Below are positions 47,563 to 57,264 of a stretch of DNA of 64,000 nucleotides, piece after piece. Both the position numbers and the translations under genes were made by a program. The stretch lies in IMG/VR virus record IMGVR_UViG_3300043449_002710, positions 62,001 to 126,000 of that record, one strand, 5' to 3'. The notes beneath the pieces are model-generated. The model was not told the origin of the DNA and ran no database searches. It saw nothing but the letters and a program-made list of their open reading frames with translations. Positions within the stretch are counted from its first letter, which is position 1. Every line of letters starts with the position of its first letter.

Positions 47563-50535
47563 TTACTTCAAAGCTACGCCGGTTGAGAAGTCATTGCTGT
47601 TCAGAGCATAAAGTCCGAACAAGCGCTTGATGACGTTTCTCGAATACCAAGCATAGTTGAAGTAAAAGAGAGTCGGATCGTTCTTGTCTTGGAAGACAAT
47701 GATGTCCTTGGTCGGATCGAAGTTTCTGTCGTTTCCATCGGCGTCTTGATACTGCCCGATGAGACCGCGAGCCAGAAGACCCCTTAAGATCGAAGCCAAT
47801 TTGCCACGGACAATCGATTTGGCAGCCGTTCCAGAAGCCGGGGTGATGCCCACCAAAGAGGCCATTTCTCTCACCACAACTTTCGTGACAAAATGCCGCT
47901 GAGTCATGACCTGGATCAGGTTGAAGTCCTTGGCGGTATCGACCGTCATGTCTTCACCCCAAGTGTAAACGCCAGGGCTGCCATTGACGTAGTTGATCTG
48001 AGCTTGACCGAGAAGCATGATCTGATCTTTCCGATACATCTCAATCGTGTCAAAGCCGTTGACCAACTGACCTAAGAGGTCTGTAGCAGGGTCAGCGAAA
48101 CTTGCCACCCGAGCCGCACCCGCGAGAGCCACAAACGAACCGTCCAAAGTCACGGTCGTTGTCAGGCCGTTGTCGAGCACGATGGTCTTGGTAGCACGAG
48201 TCGGGGCCACCAAGATTCGAGAGCCGTGAGCAGCCGAATCGCCTGCCACCTGAAGGGTTTTGCGGGCTGTGAAGACCAGAGTGCCTTCGGTATTTTCGTC
48301 TCCGATCGGAGTGCCAATCGGCATACCGAACCAGACCAGATTCGGACGCTGTTCGAATGGATCGTTTCCAATCAGATTCTGATTGAGAACTTCAGACAGA
48401 GCCGCAGGGTAATTCAATAAGCACAGATCCGTAATCCGAGGATAGTTCTTGACCGATTGAACAGCGGCCACGAAATCGGGAATCGAGTACACACCAGAGC
48501 CATCTGTATTCTTAGGTTGAATCAGATAGACGCCTGGGGCGTTGTTGTTCCAAGCAATTTCGTTGCCGATATACAGGTCATTGTCCACAGCAGAAGGAGC
48601 CGCAAAATTACGACCGTCTTCCAAGCGGAGGACCAGATACGGGGTGTTGTAGAAAGACTCTGGACGTAAGAACAGAGTCGTCAGGTAATAAGCCTGACCT
48701 GGATCTGGCTCAGCGCCTTTGGAGGTGTAGGTCACTTTAACTGCAACAGCCGGATCTACTGTGAAGTAGACAAACGGAGTTCCAAACACCCAGTTGAAGC
48801 TGATCTCAGCGTTCGTGTTGTAATTCTTCACACGAATCGAATCATGGTCGGTCGGAACTTTGGAGAGGATCAAATAGCGTTGACCGGCTACTCCTGTGAT
48901 CTGACCGTTCATATCCGTCTTGTAATCGGTGAGCTGACGGATATCTTCAGTCTTGGCTTTCAAAGACCAATCCAAAACGTTGGAAATGAAGATCGCGTAC
49001 TCGAAGATATCGAGGGTAGCGTAGCTTTCCGTGTTTCTGAAAGCAATCGAGACGTTGTCTGGGAGCAAAGCGTAACCGTCTTTGCCAGCAACCAACGGAT
49101 CAAATTCAGCCGTGAAAGTTCCGAAGCGTCCTTCGGTGGTGCTTGTGGAGAAGCCACCGAACAAAGTGACTGCGTCACCCGCCACAATCGGAGCTTGCAG
49201 AGTGAGTTTGTACTCGCGAGCGTCTTTGGCTGTGTAGTAGATGCGAGGAGCCTTGGCGACGATCTCCCAGGTTGTTCCCACAGCAGCAGCCGTAGGGCCA
49301 ATCACGAAATCCAGCTTCACGCCGTCTACCAGTGTAGGCGAAAGGGAAACGAGGTTGTTTTCAGTGACGGTGAAAGAACCCGAGATCGGAAGAACGTCCC
49401 CGTAACGAGCCCAAACAAATTGCATCACCCGAGCCGGGGTCACGCCCGATACGCTCATGAGCTTGATGCGGTATTTGTTGTTCCGAGCGTGGGTGTAAAG
49501 AGCTTCAGGGTTGATCTGGATTCTGAAGTCGTTCTGAAAGCCACCGACGACATAAGGGGTTTCAATGGTGGCGAACTGAGCATTGCCGTAGCGGCTGTCG
49601 ATTTCGACCATGCCTGGGCCGTGCGCTGTTACAACAAACGAGTCACCTGCGACAAAGTTTGCACCGTTGAAATTGAAATCCAAAGCTAAGCCAAATTCCA
49701 AAGCCCCTGACAGCGAACCCGTTTCATTGATGGTGAAAGTCGGGAAAGTGTCGAGTGCAGCAAGCGGAACCGGAGGAGCGGCATAGTTACCACCCGAAAG
49801 GGGTGTTGCAGTCCAGTGGAAAGTAGCGGTACGAGAACCCACAGCGCCCGAAGCGCTTGTGCAGGTCACCGTGTATTTTCTAGAATAAGCGTGAACAAAG
49901 CTTGCTGTTGGAGAAACCAGAGCAGAGCCTGTGGAGCCCGGCTGCAAAGTCGCGGCCACGGTTCCGAAGTAAGCTGCCGGATGTACGTTGGCGGCGTCCG
50001 CAGTCACTGGGCTGAAAGAAGCCGGGACAAAGTAATCTTTGTATTCTGTGTATTGGCTTGAATCCAACTGATTGCCAATGAACCGGATCTGACGGATCTC
50101 AGAAACCGGGATCGGGTCCTGAACCGCACGATCATTCGATTGGTAATCGAGGTAGTAGGTCGCCAATGCGTCAAACGACTCATCTCGAATCTGAATCGAG
50201 AGGTATTTGCCGCCTGTTGAAAGATACTGCCACTCTTCTTGGCGAAGCTCGGTGCCGTCTTGTTTGAACAAGCGGTTGGGCTTCAGCTTTGCGCCTGTGG
50301 CTTCGTGGAGCAGCAGAGCGACATAAGGGGCGGAGTTAGAAAACGTCAACTGCTCGCCTTGGATGAAGGCCCTGATGATCGGGCTGTTTTTAGCTACAGC
50401 TAAACGAGATCCCTTGGCGATGATGGCCGGGATACGGGCATCAGCGGAAAGATTCGTGCTTTCAGGGTTCAGAATCTGCCCCACATAAGCGCCCGGTTCA
50501 GTGTAACGGGATGTTGTTAATGTCAAATTAGCCAT
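47563..50535 (-). CDS. tail sheath protein
   Basis: EPGAYVGQI N-terminus; C-terminal DGSFVA.A.AA, L....V.GF, GV..WGED.T, IQVM...FV...R sheath domain; 990 aa. Confidence 0.88.
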   Translation of the reverse strand: MANLTLTTSRYTEPGAYVGQILNPESTNLSADARIPAIIAKGSRLAVAKNSPIIRAFIQGEQLTFSNSAPYVALLLHEATGAKLKPNRLFKQDGTELRQEEWQYLSTGGKYLSIQIRDESFDALATYYLDYQSNDRAVQDPIPVSEIRQIRFIGNQLDSSQYTEYKDYFVPASFSPVTADAANVHPAAYFGTVAATLQPGSTGSALVSPTASFVHAYSRKYTVTCTSASGAVGSRTATFHWTATPLSGGNYAAPPVPLAALDTFPTFTINETGSLSGALEFGLALDFNFNGANFVAGDSFVVTAHGPGMVEIDSRYGNAQFATIETPYVVGGFQNDFRIQINPEALYTHARNNKYRIKLMSVSGVTPARVMQFVWARYGDVLPISGSFTVTENNLVSLSPTLVDGVKLDFVIGPTAAAVGTTWEIVAKAPRIYYTAKDAREYKLTLQAPIVAGDAVTLFGGFSTSTTEGRFGTFTAEFDPLVAGKDGYALLPDNVSIAFRNTESYATLDIFEYAIFISNVLDWSLKAKTEDIRQLTDYKTDMNGQITGVAGQRYLILSKVPTDHDSIRVKNYNTNAEISFNWVFGTPFVYFTVDPAVAVKVTYTSKGAEPDPGQAYYLTTLFLRPESFYNTPYLVLRLEDGRNFAAPSAVDNDLYIGNEIAWNNNAPGVYLIQPKNTDGSGVYSIPDFVAAVQSVKNYPRITDLCLLNYPAALSEVLNQNLIGNDPFEQRPNLVWFGMPIGTPIGDENTEGTLVFTARKTLQVAGDSAAHGSRILVAPTRATKTIVLDNGLTTTVTLDGSFVALAGAARVASFADPATDLLGQLVNGFDTIEMYRKDQIMLLGQAQINYVNGSPGVYTWGEDMTVDTAKDFNLIQVMTQRHFVTKVVVREMASLVGITPASGTAAKSIVRGKLASILRGLLARGLIGQYQDADGNDRNFDPTKDIIVFQDKNDPTLFYFNYAWYSRNVIKRLFGLYALNSNDFSTGVALK

Positions 50536-50624
50536 CGGATCTCTCCCTCAATACCTTTTTGAAGAAACTTTCTCTCTCTCTTAAAATAATGCAGATTTAA
50601 GAGTACCTAAAATTTTCTAATAAC

Positions 50625-51128
50625 TTACTTCATTAGTTTTTCGGTTAGCCACGCAATCAGAGCGGTGGTTAAAAAAATACCTAGCGTGGGGCCTAAAATT
50701 GTTTTCACGGTGTCGATGATTTCATCGAGCAAACTGACTTCTTGAAACCCTTTATCCGACCAGTTTTTTAGGAGCTTATTGATCTGTACGGTTTCGACTT
50801 TCAGGCTCTTGGTGTTTTGAACGACCACGTCATCGGCCACGAGTCGGAGGATCTTATATTTTTCTTTGGACTTAGCGGACGAGGAGAAGGTCTTGCCTGG
50901 GAGGATCGAGTAGCGATTCAAAGGTTTTGTGGCAGCTACGATCCGGTTGCCCGAGCAATCCATTTCATTCAAAACAATCTGTAGATGCTCTTTTTCTTTC
51001 TCTTTGGCATCGGAAAGAGCTGCGTGGATTTTTGGGGCTATCGACTCATAGAAGAAAGGTCTAGTCACTTGCTTTTGATCCATCCAATCAGTCCGGTCCA
51101 GAAGAGCATGAAGATCCCGTACATCCAA
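50625..51128 (-). CDS. hypothetical protein with C-terminal TM anchor
   Basis: C-terminal ILGPTLGIFLTTALIAWL. Confidence 0.6.
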   Translation of the reverse strand: MDVRDLHALLDRTDWMDQKQVTRPFFYESIAPKIHAALSDAKEKEKEHLQIVLNEMDCSGNRIVAATKPLNRYSILPGKTFSSSAKSKEKYKILRLVADDVVVQNTKSLKVETVQINKLLKNWSDKGFQEVSLLDEIIDTVKTILGPTLGIFLTTALIAWLTEKLMK

Positions 51129-51364
51129 GTGCGGTCACGTTTGATCTGAACAATCTCTTTTTCGTTGTCTTGAATCTTTTTACTAATTAAGCTTTGATTC
51201 TCTCGGATGAGTTTTTCTAGCTCAGAGTAATTGGCTCTTCTCTCTTGGCTATGCTGCTCTAGGATCTCTTTCAAAGAGCACAACTCTTTTTGAGTGATGA
51301 GCGTTCGCTCATCAATTCTACCCAATTTCTCTTGGAGATCGGATAAATTCCGAGATGACGACAT
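51065..51364 (-). CDS. coiled-coil protein with C-terminal TM (holin/XhlA-like candidate)
   Basis: LGRIDER..coiled coil..WMYGIFMLFWTGLIGWI. Confidence 0.5.
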   Translation of the reverse strand: MSSSRNLSDLQEKLGRIDERTLITQKELCSLKEILEQHSQERRANYSELEKLIRENQSLISKKIQDNEKEIVQIKRDRTWMYGIFMLFWTGLIGWIKSK

Positions 51365-51376
51365 AATTCAACCCCT

Positions 51377-51712
51377 TCAAACCATCTTCCCTGAGATTTT
51401 AAAGGCTGCGTACTTGGCCACTTCTTGTGACTCGAAAGGCCCTTCTAGGAAACGGAATTCGGAATTCTCCAATCCTGCTTCCACGGGTTCGAAGGATTGA
51501 AAGACCAAAGGGTTTTGATTTTTGTCCTTCGGAAATCCCACGTACCAGTCCGAGATACATGCTTTGGACACATAGATTTTTTGGGCGTGATTCTTTGCAT
51601 ATTGAACGGATCTATTCATGGCATGAGATAAGACATCAAACCGTGAGATGACCACACCACAATGCTTCAATTCGTATCGACCTTCTTCGTTTCTATCCAA
51701 AAGCAAGCTCAT
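51377..51712 (-). CDS. hypothetical protein
   Basis: 111-aa ORF. Confidence 0.55.
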   Translation of the reverse strand: MSLLLDRNEEGRYELKHCGVVISRFDVLSHAMNRSVQYAKNHAQKIYVSKACISDWYVGFPKDKNQNPLVFQSFEPVEAGLENSEFRFLEGPFESQEVAKYAAFKISGKMV

Positions 51713-51787
51713 GAATAGAAAATAACTCGAACTGAACTTATTTTAAGAAAGGAGCAAAGGAAGGCTCCCAGAAAGCAGAAATGACCG

Positions 51788-52024
51788 GTGCTAAGACACA
51801 AGAAGGATAGTACGATTATCGCTTACTTGCTCAAGGACAAAAACGGGAATTATTTTCACGCGGAATTAGAGGATATCACGGAAGACGGGCTGATTTTTAA
51901 AGTAACGGATAAAGAACTAGCTCAAAGCGGTCATTTTCCAGACAACTATATTGACTCAAGGTACTTGGATGCTTTGGGTCTAACTCTGATTTGGGTTCTG
52001 GAAGAGCCCATGCAAGAGCACTAA
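51788..52024 (+). CDS. hypothetical protein
   Basis: 78-aa ORF divergent from 51712, ends at a terminator. Confidence 0.5.
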   Translation: MLRHKKDSTIIAYLLKDKNGNYFHAELEDITEDGLIFKVTDKELAQSGHFPDNYIDSRYLDALGLTLIWVLEEPMQEH

Positions 52025-52057
52025 AAAGAAAGCCCCACGCCTTTCGGTGTGGGGCTT
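52025..52057. terminator. Rho-independent terminator (U-tract on minus strand)
   Basis: AAGCCCCACGCC-TTTC-GGTGTGGGGCTT stem with an A run on the left. Confidence 0.8.
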
Positions 52058-52066
52058 AATCAAAAA

Positions 52067-53115
52067 TTAAAGATTGTAGGTACTCATGAGAGAAGCTTCG
52101 ATCGATGCACGATCAGTATCTCCCAGTGCTTTATTATAAATACGGAATTCGCAGATCTTGGCATTTAACCGATCCTGATCTGTAAAACCTCTTTGCCCGA
52201 TAGCTGTTTGACCTATGCCATTAGATGGCATGGGGAAACCGGCTCCTTGCAGAGCTTTCAAATCATAGCTTGCCCAACTGCTAACTGTGTATCTCAATGT
52301 TCCATTTTTATACACTTTGAGAGAATTTGAACTTTGGACGATTGAGACTAGAGAGTTTCCAGACCAGTTTGAAAAGCTGTCCACAGGATCAAGACTAGCT
52401 GGTTCAGTTTGTGAGTAAGACATCTGCTTAACAGCATAAACATCAGTAGTAATTGGACAGATCGGCGACCAGGAAAGCCCCAAAGAATTGGTAGAATGAC
52501 CAATCAGATCTTGGTAGTATTCCGAAGAAACCCAGTCAGCCACAACAGCAAAAATTGTAGCTTCAGAACTAGAAAACATCGAGGCCGAGCCAATCGCGTT
52601 TGGAAACACGAGACCGCCAGAACCAAATACCATTCCAGGATATCCATTCAAACTTGTAGCCGTGGTAATTGTTCCATCAACAGTCGGAGTTTGAATCGGG
52701 GAGTCTGACACCATATTCAGGATTGTAAGCCGTGAGCATTGAAGCTGGGATAGTATAGACGCCATTGTCGTAAGAGGTTCCAGTAATCTGATAAACTAGA
52801 CCCGATAAATCGATGCCATCTGTCATTATCGACAAGAAGCACTTTTTCTACAATCCAGGCATCTTTGGCAGAAGAAGAAAATACAATACTCGAAATTGGA
52901 TTGTTCTGCGAGTAATCAAATTTGAAAACTTTCGTTTGTCTTCCTGTTATAGACGCATAATGAACAAATACCGATTTAATATCGTTGTTGGATAAAGAAT
53001 TATCTCCCGTTTGAGATACGTAGTTCGCTAAGATAGTGGGGATTTGATTTTTGTTTAAAAAAACTGGGACGGAAGCTCCTTTCGAAGGAGCTGTAGGGAA
53101 ATTTAATAGATTCAT
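52067..53115 (-). pseudogene. family X copy 3, apparently split by frameshifts; C-terminal LamG-like domain
   Basis: N-domain homologous to 39515/40255 ends abruptly at LVDND (~52822); protein-like sequence continues in a second frame (52826-52677), then in ORF 52765-52067 (LNGYPGMVF, ICEFRIYNKAL...R..IE..L). Confidence 0.55.
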
Positions 53116-53130
53116 TTTTCTTTTCCATTC

Positions 53131-53163
53131 AAAAAAAGTGGCGCAAATTAGAATTTGCGCCAC
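53131..53163 (-). terminator. Rho-independent terminator after tail tube gene
   Basis: GTGGCGCAAATT / AATTTGCGCCAC 12-bp stem then 7 U on the minus strand. Confidence 0.85.
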
Positions 53164-53182
53164 ATAATTTAAAAAATTTTAA

Positions 53183-53704
53183 TTAAAGGACCTTGATGCG
53201 AGAAACGTAGGCGAGCTGGCCAGAGATCTTGTGGATGTAGTTACCGTCAGCGGTCCAGGCTTCGGGGTTTTTGGTTTTGAGCCAGCAACCCGAATACTGA
53301 TAAATCCGATAAGGATCAGTTCCTTTGTAAAGATATTCTTGCACCACAAAAGGACGGGTCTGATCGGTCAGATCCGTGAACACGTCTGCGTAGCCCAAGG
53401 TCTTCTCAAGTTCCTGATCCCAGACTTCGGTGCGAGCGAAGCTCACTGTGAAGCCGGTTGCTTTGCCAGGAACATAATCCACAGGCTTACCCATGGTGAC
53501 TTTGGAAAGCTCATACACGTGCTCGCCATCGCGGTTGTAAGCGCCTTCAGGCTGCCAGGAGTTGATGCGGCCCACAAGATTTCCGCCGACAACCAAGGCG
53601 GCCCCATGGTAGGTCATTGTTGACGGAGAACCCGGGTCGTTAAAATCAATGGATGCGGTCTGGACCCCAAACTTGTTGGTGGCAAAAGGGCTCGGATTTG
53701 GCAT
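53183..53704 (-). CDS. tail tube protein
   Basis: 173 aa; VG.I.S..P....EHVYEL...P.DYVPG....V...RTE.W, PF...E....Y.Y.GCW pattern of myophage tube proteins; near the sheath gene. Confidence 0.75.
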   Translation of the reverse strand: MPNPSPFATNKFGVQTASIDFNDPGSPSTMTYHGAALVVGGNLVGRINSWQPEGAYNRDGEHVYELSKVTMGKPVDYVPGKATGFTVSFARTEVWDQELEKTLGYADVFTDLTDQTRPFVVQEYLYKGTDPYRIYQYSGCWLKTKNPEAWTADGNYIHKISGQLAYVSRIKVL

Positions 53705-53819
53705 GGAAAAGTTCTCCTAAATTTTTAAACTTTTTCTTCTACTCAAATAATAAGCTAGAAAATCGAGCGAAGTTAAAATTGAACTGGTTCTCATCTTTAT
53801 TATAGTGTACTGTTAAAGT

Positions 53820-55583
53820 ATGTTATTTGAAGATGCTTTAAGAGTTGCAAAAACTGCTGGATTGAAAGTTCTAGAAACTGGGCTTGTCAATTCTGCAAAA
53901 AGACAACTGATCGATGTTGTCTGTAAGGCTGGGCACTCACGTAGAATGCCTCGCAATAAATTCAGCAACAGACCCCCTCAAAATTGTCCTGTTTGTTTAA
54001 AAGAACAAGGCCCTGATCTGGATAAAATTCTAACTGATCCTAAAATCAAAACTAGGTTAGATGAGGGGTATCATCTCAAAAAAGCTTTTTCCGAAGATCA
54101 TGAAATCCAGTTAGAAGTTGTCTGCCCACAAGGTCACACCTATTCTATTGCTAAATGGAAATTTACTAAAGGGACTCAATGCGGCTCTTGCTCAGGTAAG
54201 AATCGGGACCTTACTTTTTTTAACATCAAGCAAGAAATGGAAGCCGAGGGTTTTGAAGTTTTATCGAAGGAATATCAAAATCAGTATCAAAAGCTCCATC
54301 TGATTGACCCTGACGGTAACGAACAATGGATCTCGGCAGATTCTTGGAAACGCGGTTATAGGTCAGAGCGAGGACCGACTCAGCAGACTAGAGACCGCAC
54401 AATCGAAGAAGTAAAAAAAGATTTTGAAGCCGAAGGCTATCAGCTTTTGGAAACCAAATTTATCAATGTTAAAACTAAAATGAGAGCAGTATGCCCTAAA
54501 GGGCATGAGTTTCGAGTGCATTGGAATCATTGGAAAGATGCTGGCGTTAGGTGCTCGGTTTGTTTTGGCACCCCTATGATGACTTTAAAAGAAATTCAAG
54601 AGCATCCAGAAACTATCCAATCTGGTTACCAAGCCTTACGCCGAGAGCGGATTGGTGCTCGTTTGGGTTGCGTTTTTTTATGTCCAAAAGGTCATGAATG
54701 GACTTCCACTCTCCCAGATTTTTTTTCAAAAAAATACCGATGTTCCTCTTGTAACCCGAAGTCTAGCTTGGCGGAATTGGAATTCCTAGAAGAAGTGAAG
54801 AAAACATATCCATCGGCAAGAAAAAGTTTGGATTTCGGTTTTGAAATCGACATCTACATTCCCGAGTTAAAATTAGGAATTGAGTATTGTGGTCTTTATT
54901 GGCATTGCGAAAAAGAAAAACAACCTAATGCACATAAGGACAAGTTTTTAAAAGCTCAAAAAAATGGAATCAAGCTGTTGACCATTTTTGAAGACGAGTG
55001 GTTTTATAAAAAAGAAATTGTCTTGCGAAGAATCTTGAGATCCAAAAAGATCTCGGCTCGCGAAACTCAATTCAAAGAGATATCTAAAGTGGAGGCAGAT
55101 AAATTTTTTGAGGAGAATCATCTTCAAGGAAAATCAGCTACTACAACAAAACAGCATTTTGGTCTTTTTTATCTAGGGTCTTTAGTTGGTGCTATTGCGT
55201 ATGGACCCCACCATAGAAAGGATACGGGAGAATGGGTGCTAAGCCGACTTTGTTTTGGAGAATTTGATATTGTCGGGGGTACGGAAAAGTTATTCAAAAA
55301 CAGTCTGCGTTATTTACCTAAAGTCAAACTAATCTCATGGTCCGACAACAGGTATTCTAACGGGTCAGTCTATGCGAGACTAGGTTTTATCAAAGAGGAG
55401 GATTTAGGTCCCGATTACTCTTATGTGAAACCTGGGCATTCCCCAATTCGGGTTTCCAAGCAATCCATGAAAAAAACCAAAGAAGAGCAAGCATCAGGGA
55501 AAACCGAGCACGAACTCCGATTAGCGCAGGATTGGTACAGGATCTACGACTGCGGCAAAATCCGGTGGGCTTACCCACGCTGA
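53820..55583 (+). CDS. putative free-standing homing endonuclease (Hef-like), paralogue of 45855..47519
   Basis: Four intact and one degenerate CP.GH...C..C repeats; SLAE.E, FEIDIYIPELKLGIEYCGLYWH; SWSDNRYS.GSVY..LGF..PDY...YDCG. Confidence 0.75.
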   Translation: MLFEDALRVAKTAGLKVLETGLVNSAKRQLIDVVCKAGHSRRMPRNKFSNRPPQNCPVCLKEQGPDLDKILTDPKIKTRLDEGYHLKKAFSEDHEIQLEVVCPQGHTYSIAKWKFTKGTQCGSCSGKNRDLTFFNIKQEMEAEGFEVLSKEYQNQYQKLHLIDPDGNEQWISADSWKRGYRSERGPTQQTRDRTIEEVKKDFEAEGYQLLETKFINVKTKMRAVCPKGHEFRVHWNHWKDAGVRCSVCFGTPMMTLKEIQEHPETIQSGYQALRRERIGARLGCVFLCPKGHEWTSTLPDFFSKKYRCSSCNPKSSLAELEFLEEVKKTYPSARKSLDFGFEIDIYIPELKLGIEYCGLYWHCEKEKQPNAHKDKFLKAQKNGIKLLTIFEDEWFYKKEIVLRRILRSKKISARETQFKEISKVEADKFFEENHLQGKSATTTKQHFGLFYLGSLVGAIAYGPHHRKDTGEWVLSRLCFGEFDIVGGTEKLFKNSLRYLPKVKLISWSDNRYSNGSVYARLGFIKEEDLGPDYSYVKPGHSPIRVSKQSMKKTKEEQASGKTEHELRLAQDWYRIYDCGKIRWAYPR

Positions 55584-55584
55584 T

Positions 55585-55794
55585 TCACTCGATCAAGCCT
55601 TGGAAGTGCTCCCAAAACAGATCCGAGATTTGCTGGTAGATTTTGATGGCGTCCTCGTCGAGGTCTCCGTACTTTAACTGGCTGCGCAAAGCCTTTGAGA
55701 AGGCCCAGGCGGCGGAAGAAAGAGCGCCCGCCTTTTGAGTGAGTTCAAACTCTTCTTTTTCCTCAGGTAGGTTGAATTCCAGAATTGCTTTCAT
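55585..55794 (-). CDS. conserved phage hypothetical protein
   Basis: MKAILEFNLPEE.EEF...G....W.....LR...KY pattern common in phages. Confidence 0.7.
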   Translation of the reverse strand: MKAILEFNLPEEKEEFELTQKAGALSSAAWAFSKALRSQLKYGDLDEDAIKIYQQISDLFWEHFQGLIE

Positions 55795-55894
55795 GAGAGC
55801 CGCTCGTAAAATAATATAGAAAATTCTTGAGAAGATTTCAAAGATTCTATAGTTTTTCTAAATAACATTATTTTCATAGCAGGTGTGAGCCCAA

Positions 55895-56188
55895 GTGAAA
55901 ACACAGGGCCATTCGGGCTCACACCCCTACGCAGGGGTTTGGGGTATGCTTCCATCTTGGCTGATTTGTCTTCTAGCGATCAATACCGCATCAGATCGAT
56001 GGGGTGTCTACCCTGGAATTGGCCTGTTGTTTTGCCAGCAATTAAATTCCCCCCTCGGGTTAGATCTCCTCGACGAAGAAGGCATCTTCCAAGATTCATA
56101 TGACGCAGACGACTCAGACGACTCAGATGAGGAAGATGAAATCGAAACGTGCCGTGTCGTTACGGCGCAGCCTCTAATCAGGGTCTGA
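55895..56188 (+). CDS. small protein with acidic tail (start possibly ATG 55946)
   Basis: DSYDADDSDDSDEEDE tract; start uncertain. Confidence 0.4.
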   Translation: MKTQGHSGSHPYAGVWGMLPSWLICLLAINTASDRWGVYPGIGLLFCQQLNSPLGLDLLDEEGIFQDSYDADDSDDSDEEDEIETCRVVTAQPLIRV

Positions 56189-56202
56189 CTTATATTTAGG
56201 GT

Positions 56203-57264
56203 ATGTCCAAAATTCAAAACGAAGACATTAAAAGCGTGGCCGAGCTTACTCTTCAAGGGTTGACCGAATCGAGTCTGCCGCACGATGATAAAGTCTTTTT
56301 GACAGCCAATTCACTCAACAAAACTTTATACCAAGCCATCGTGGATGGTGACCTATCGGGGGCAGCGAGCGGAGAGATGAGAAAAGCGCAATACTTTACG
56401 TCGAGCGGAAATTTCACGGTCCCTTCCAATGTCTACGTGGTCTATGTCACGGCCTGGGGCGGCGGGGGTGGTGGGGGCGGGGGCGGAACCTATTCCACGA
56501 ACTCGGGCGGTGGGGGCACGGGTGGAGGCGGGGGCTATTTTATCTATGACCGTTCGGTTTCAGTTACCCCAGCCGAAGTAATTGCAGTCACTATCGGGGG
56601 CGGCGGGGCCGGGGGTTCTTCTAGTGCAGATGGTTCCTCAGGCGGAAATACCTTGTTTGGTTCTTATTTGACGGTTCGAGGGGGCGGTAGCGGTTCCGCA
56701 GGGTCTAATGGAAACGTGAGTAATGCCGCAGGCGGGAGTTTTGTAAAACTCGGAATCACCGCAGGCGGAGGTGGTGGAAGTGGCTACACTGGCCCAGGGG
56801 GTGCGTCTTTAGGAAATTTGGGGGGAACTTCTGTCAACGGCTATGCAGGTTTTGGCGTGGACGGTGGTAGTGGATTGGGCGGCAAACAAGGCCCTGGGGG
56901 CCTTGGGGGTATCTCCTATTCGAGCACGACTAGGAAAGGTTCTGGCGGGGGCGGGGGTGCATCCGGTAGTGGGGGCGGTGCAGGGGGAAGCCTAGAGATC
57001 AATGAAATCGGAATCTGTGGGATCGGCGGGACGGGCGGAACCGGCGGCAATCTAGCCAACGCTTACTGTGGCGGGGGCGGGGGCGGCGGGGCCGGATTCA
57101 ATGGGGATGGCGCAAACGGAGGCTCCTCTGCCGCAGGGAGTTCAGCCTTAAGCAACAGCGGCGCAGGCGGAGGCGGTGGAGCGGGCGGGATCTCCACGAG
57201 TGTGAATGGATATTCAGGGGGCGCAGGCGGATCTGGCGGGTTGATTGTCTATTGGTTTGAGTAA
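56203..57264 (+). CDS. glycine-rich domain virion/fibre-like protein
   Basis: FTSSGNFTVP..V..VYVTAWGGGGGGGGG ... GGAGGSGGLIVY, the phage glycine-rich domain. Confidence 0.75.
   Translation: MSKIQNEDIKSVAELTLQGLTESSLPHDDKVFLTANSLNKTLYQAIVDGDLSGAASGEMRKAQYFTSSGNFTVPSNVYVVYVTAWGGGGGGGGGGTYSTNSGGGGTGGGGGYFIYDRSVSVTPAEVIAVTIGGGGAGGSSSADGSSGGNTLFGSYLTVRGGGSGSAGSNGNVSNAAGGSFVKLGITAGGGGGSGYTGPGGASLGNLGGTSVNGYAGFGVDGGSGLGGKQGPGGLGGISYSSTTRKGSGGGGGASGSGGGAGGSLEINEIGICGIGGTGGTGGNLANAYCGGGGGGGAGFNGDGANGGSSAAGSSALSNSGAGGGGGAGGISTSVNGYSGGAGGSGGLIVYWFE

Noticed and set aside
48844-49689. 281-aa plus-strand ORF and neighbouring + ORFs inside the sheath gene
   Set aside because: Antisense shadows of the clearly recognisable sheath CDS
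53116-53163. N-terminal extension MAQILICATFFEWKRK of ORF 52717..53163
   Set aside because: It is the tube-gene terminator hairpin read in frame; homology to paralogues starts at ATG 53115
4502-53704. Bacterial eCIS/tailocin or T6SS locus
   Set aside because: Interspersed SSB, RecA, tRNAs, endolysin, homing-type nucleases and many small phage ORFs, with no host housekeeping genes, indicate a phage genome
56203-57264. PE_PGRS-like mycobacterial protein
   Set aside because: No PE domain; has the phage glycine-rich domain signature (FTSSG.FTVP...GGGGGGG)
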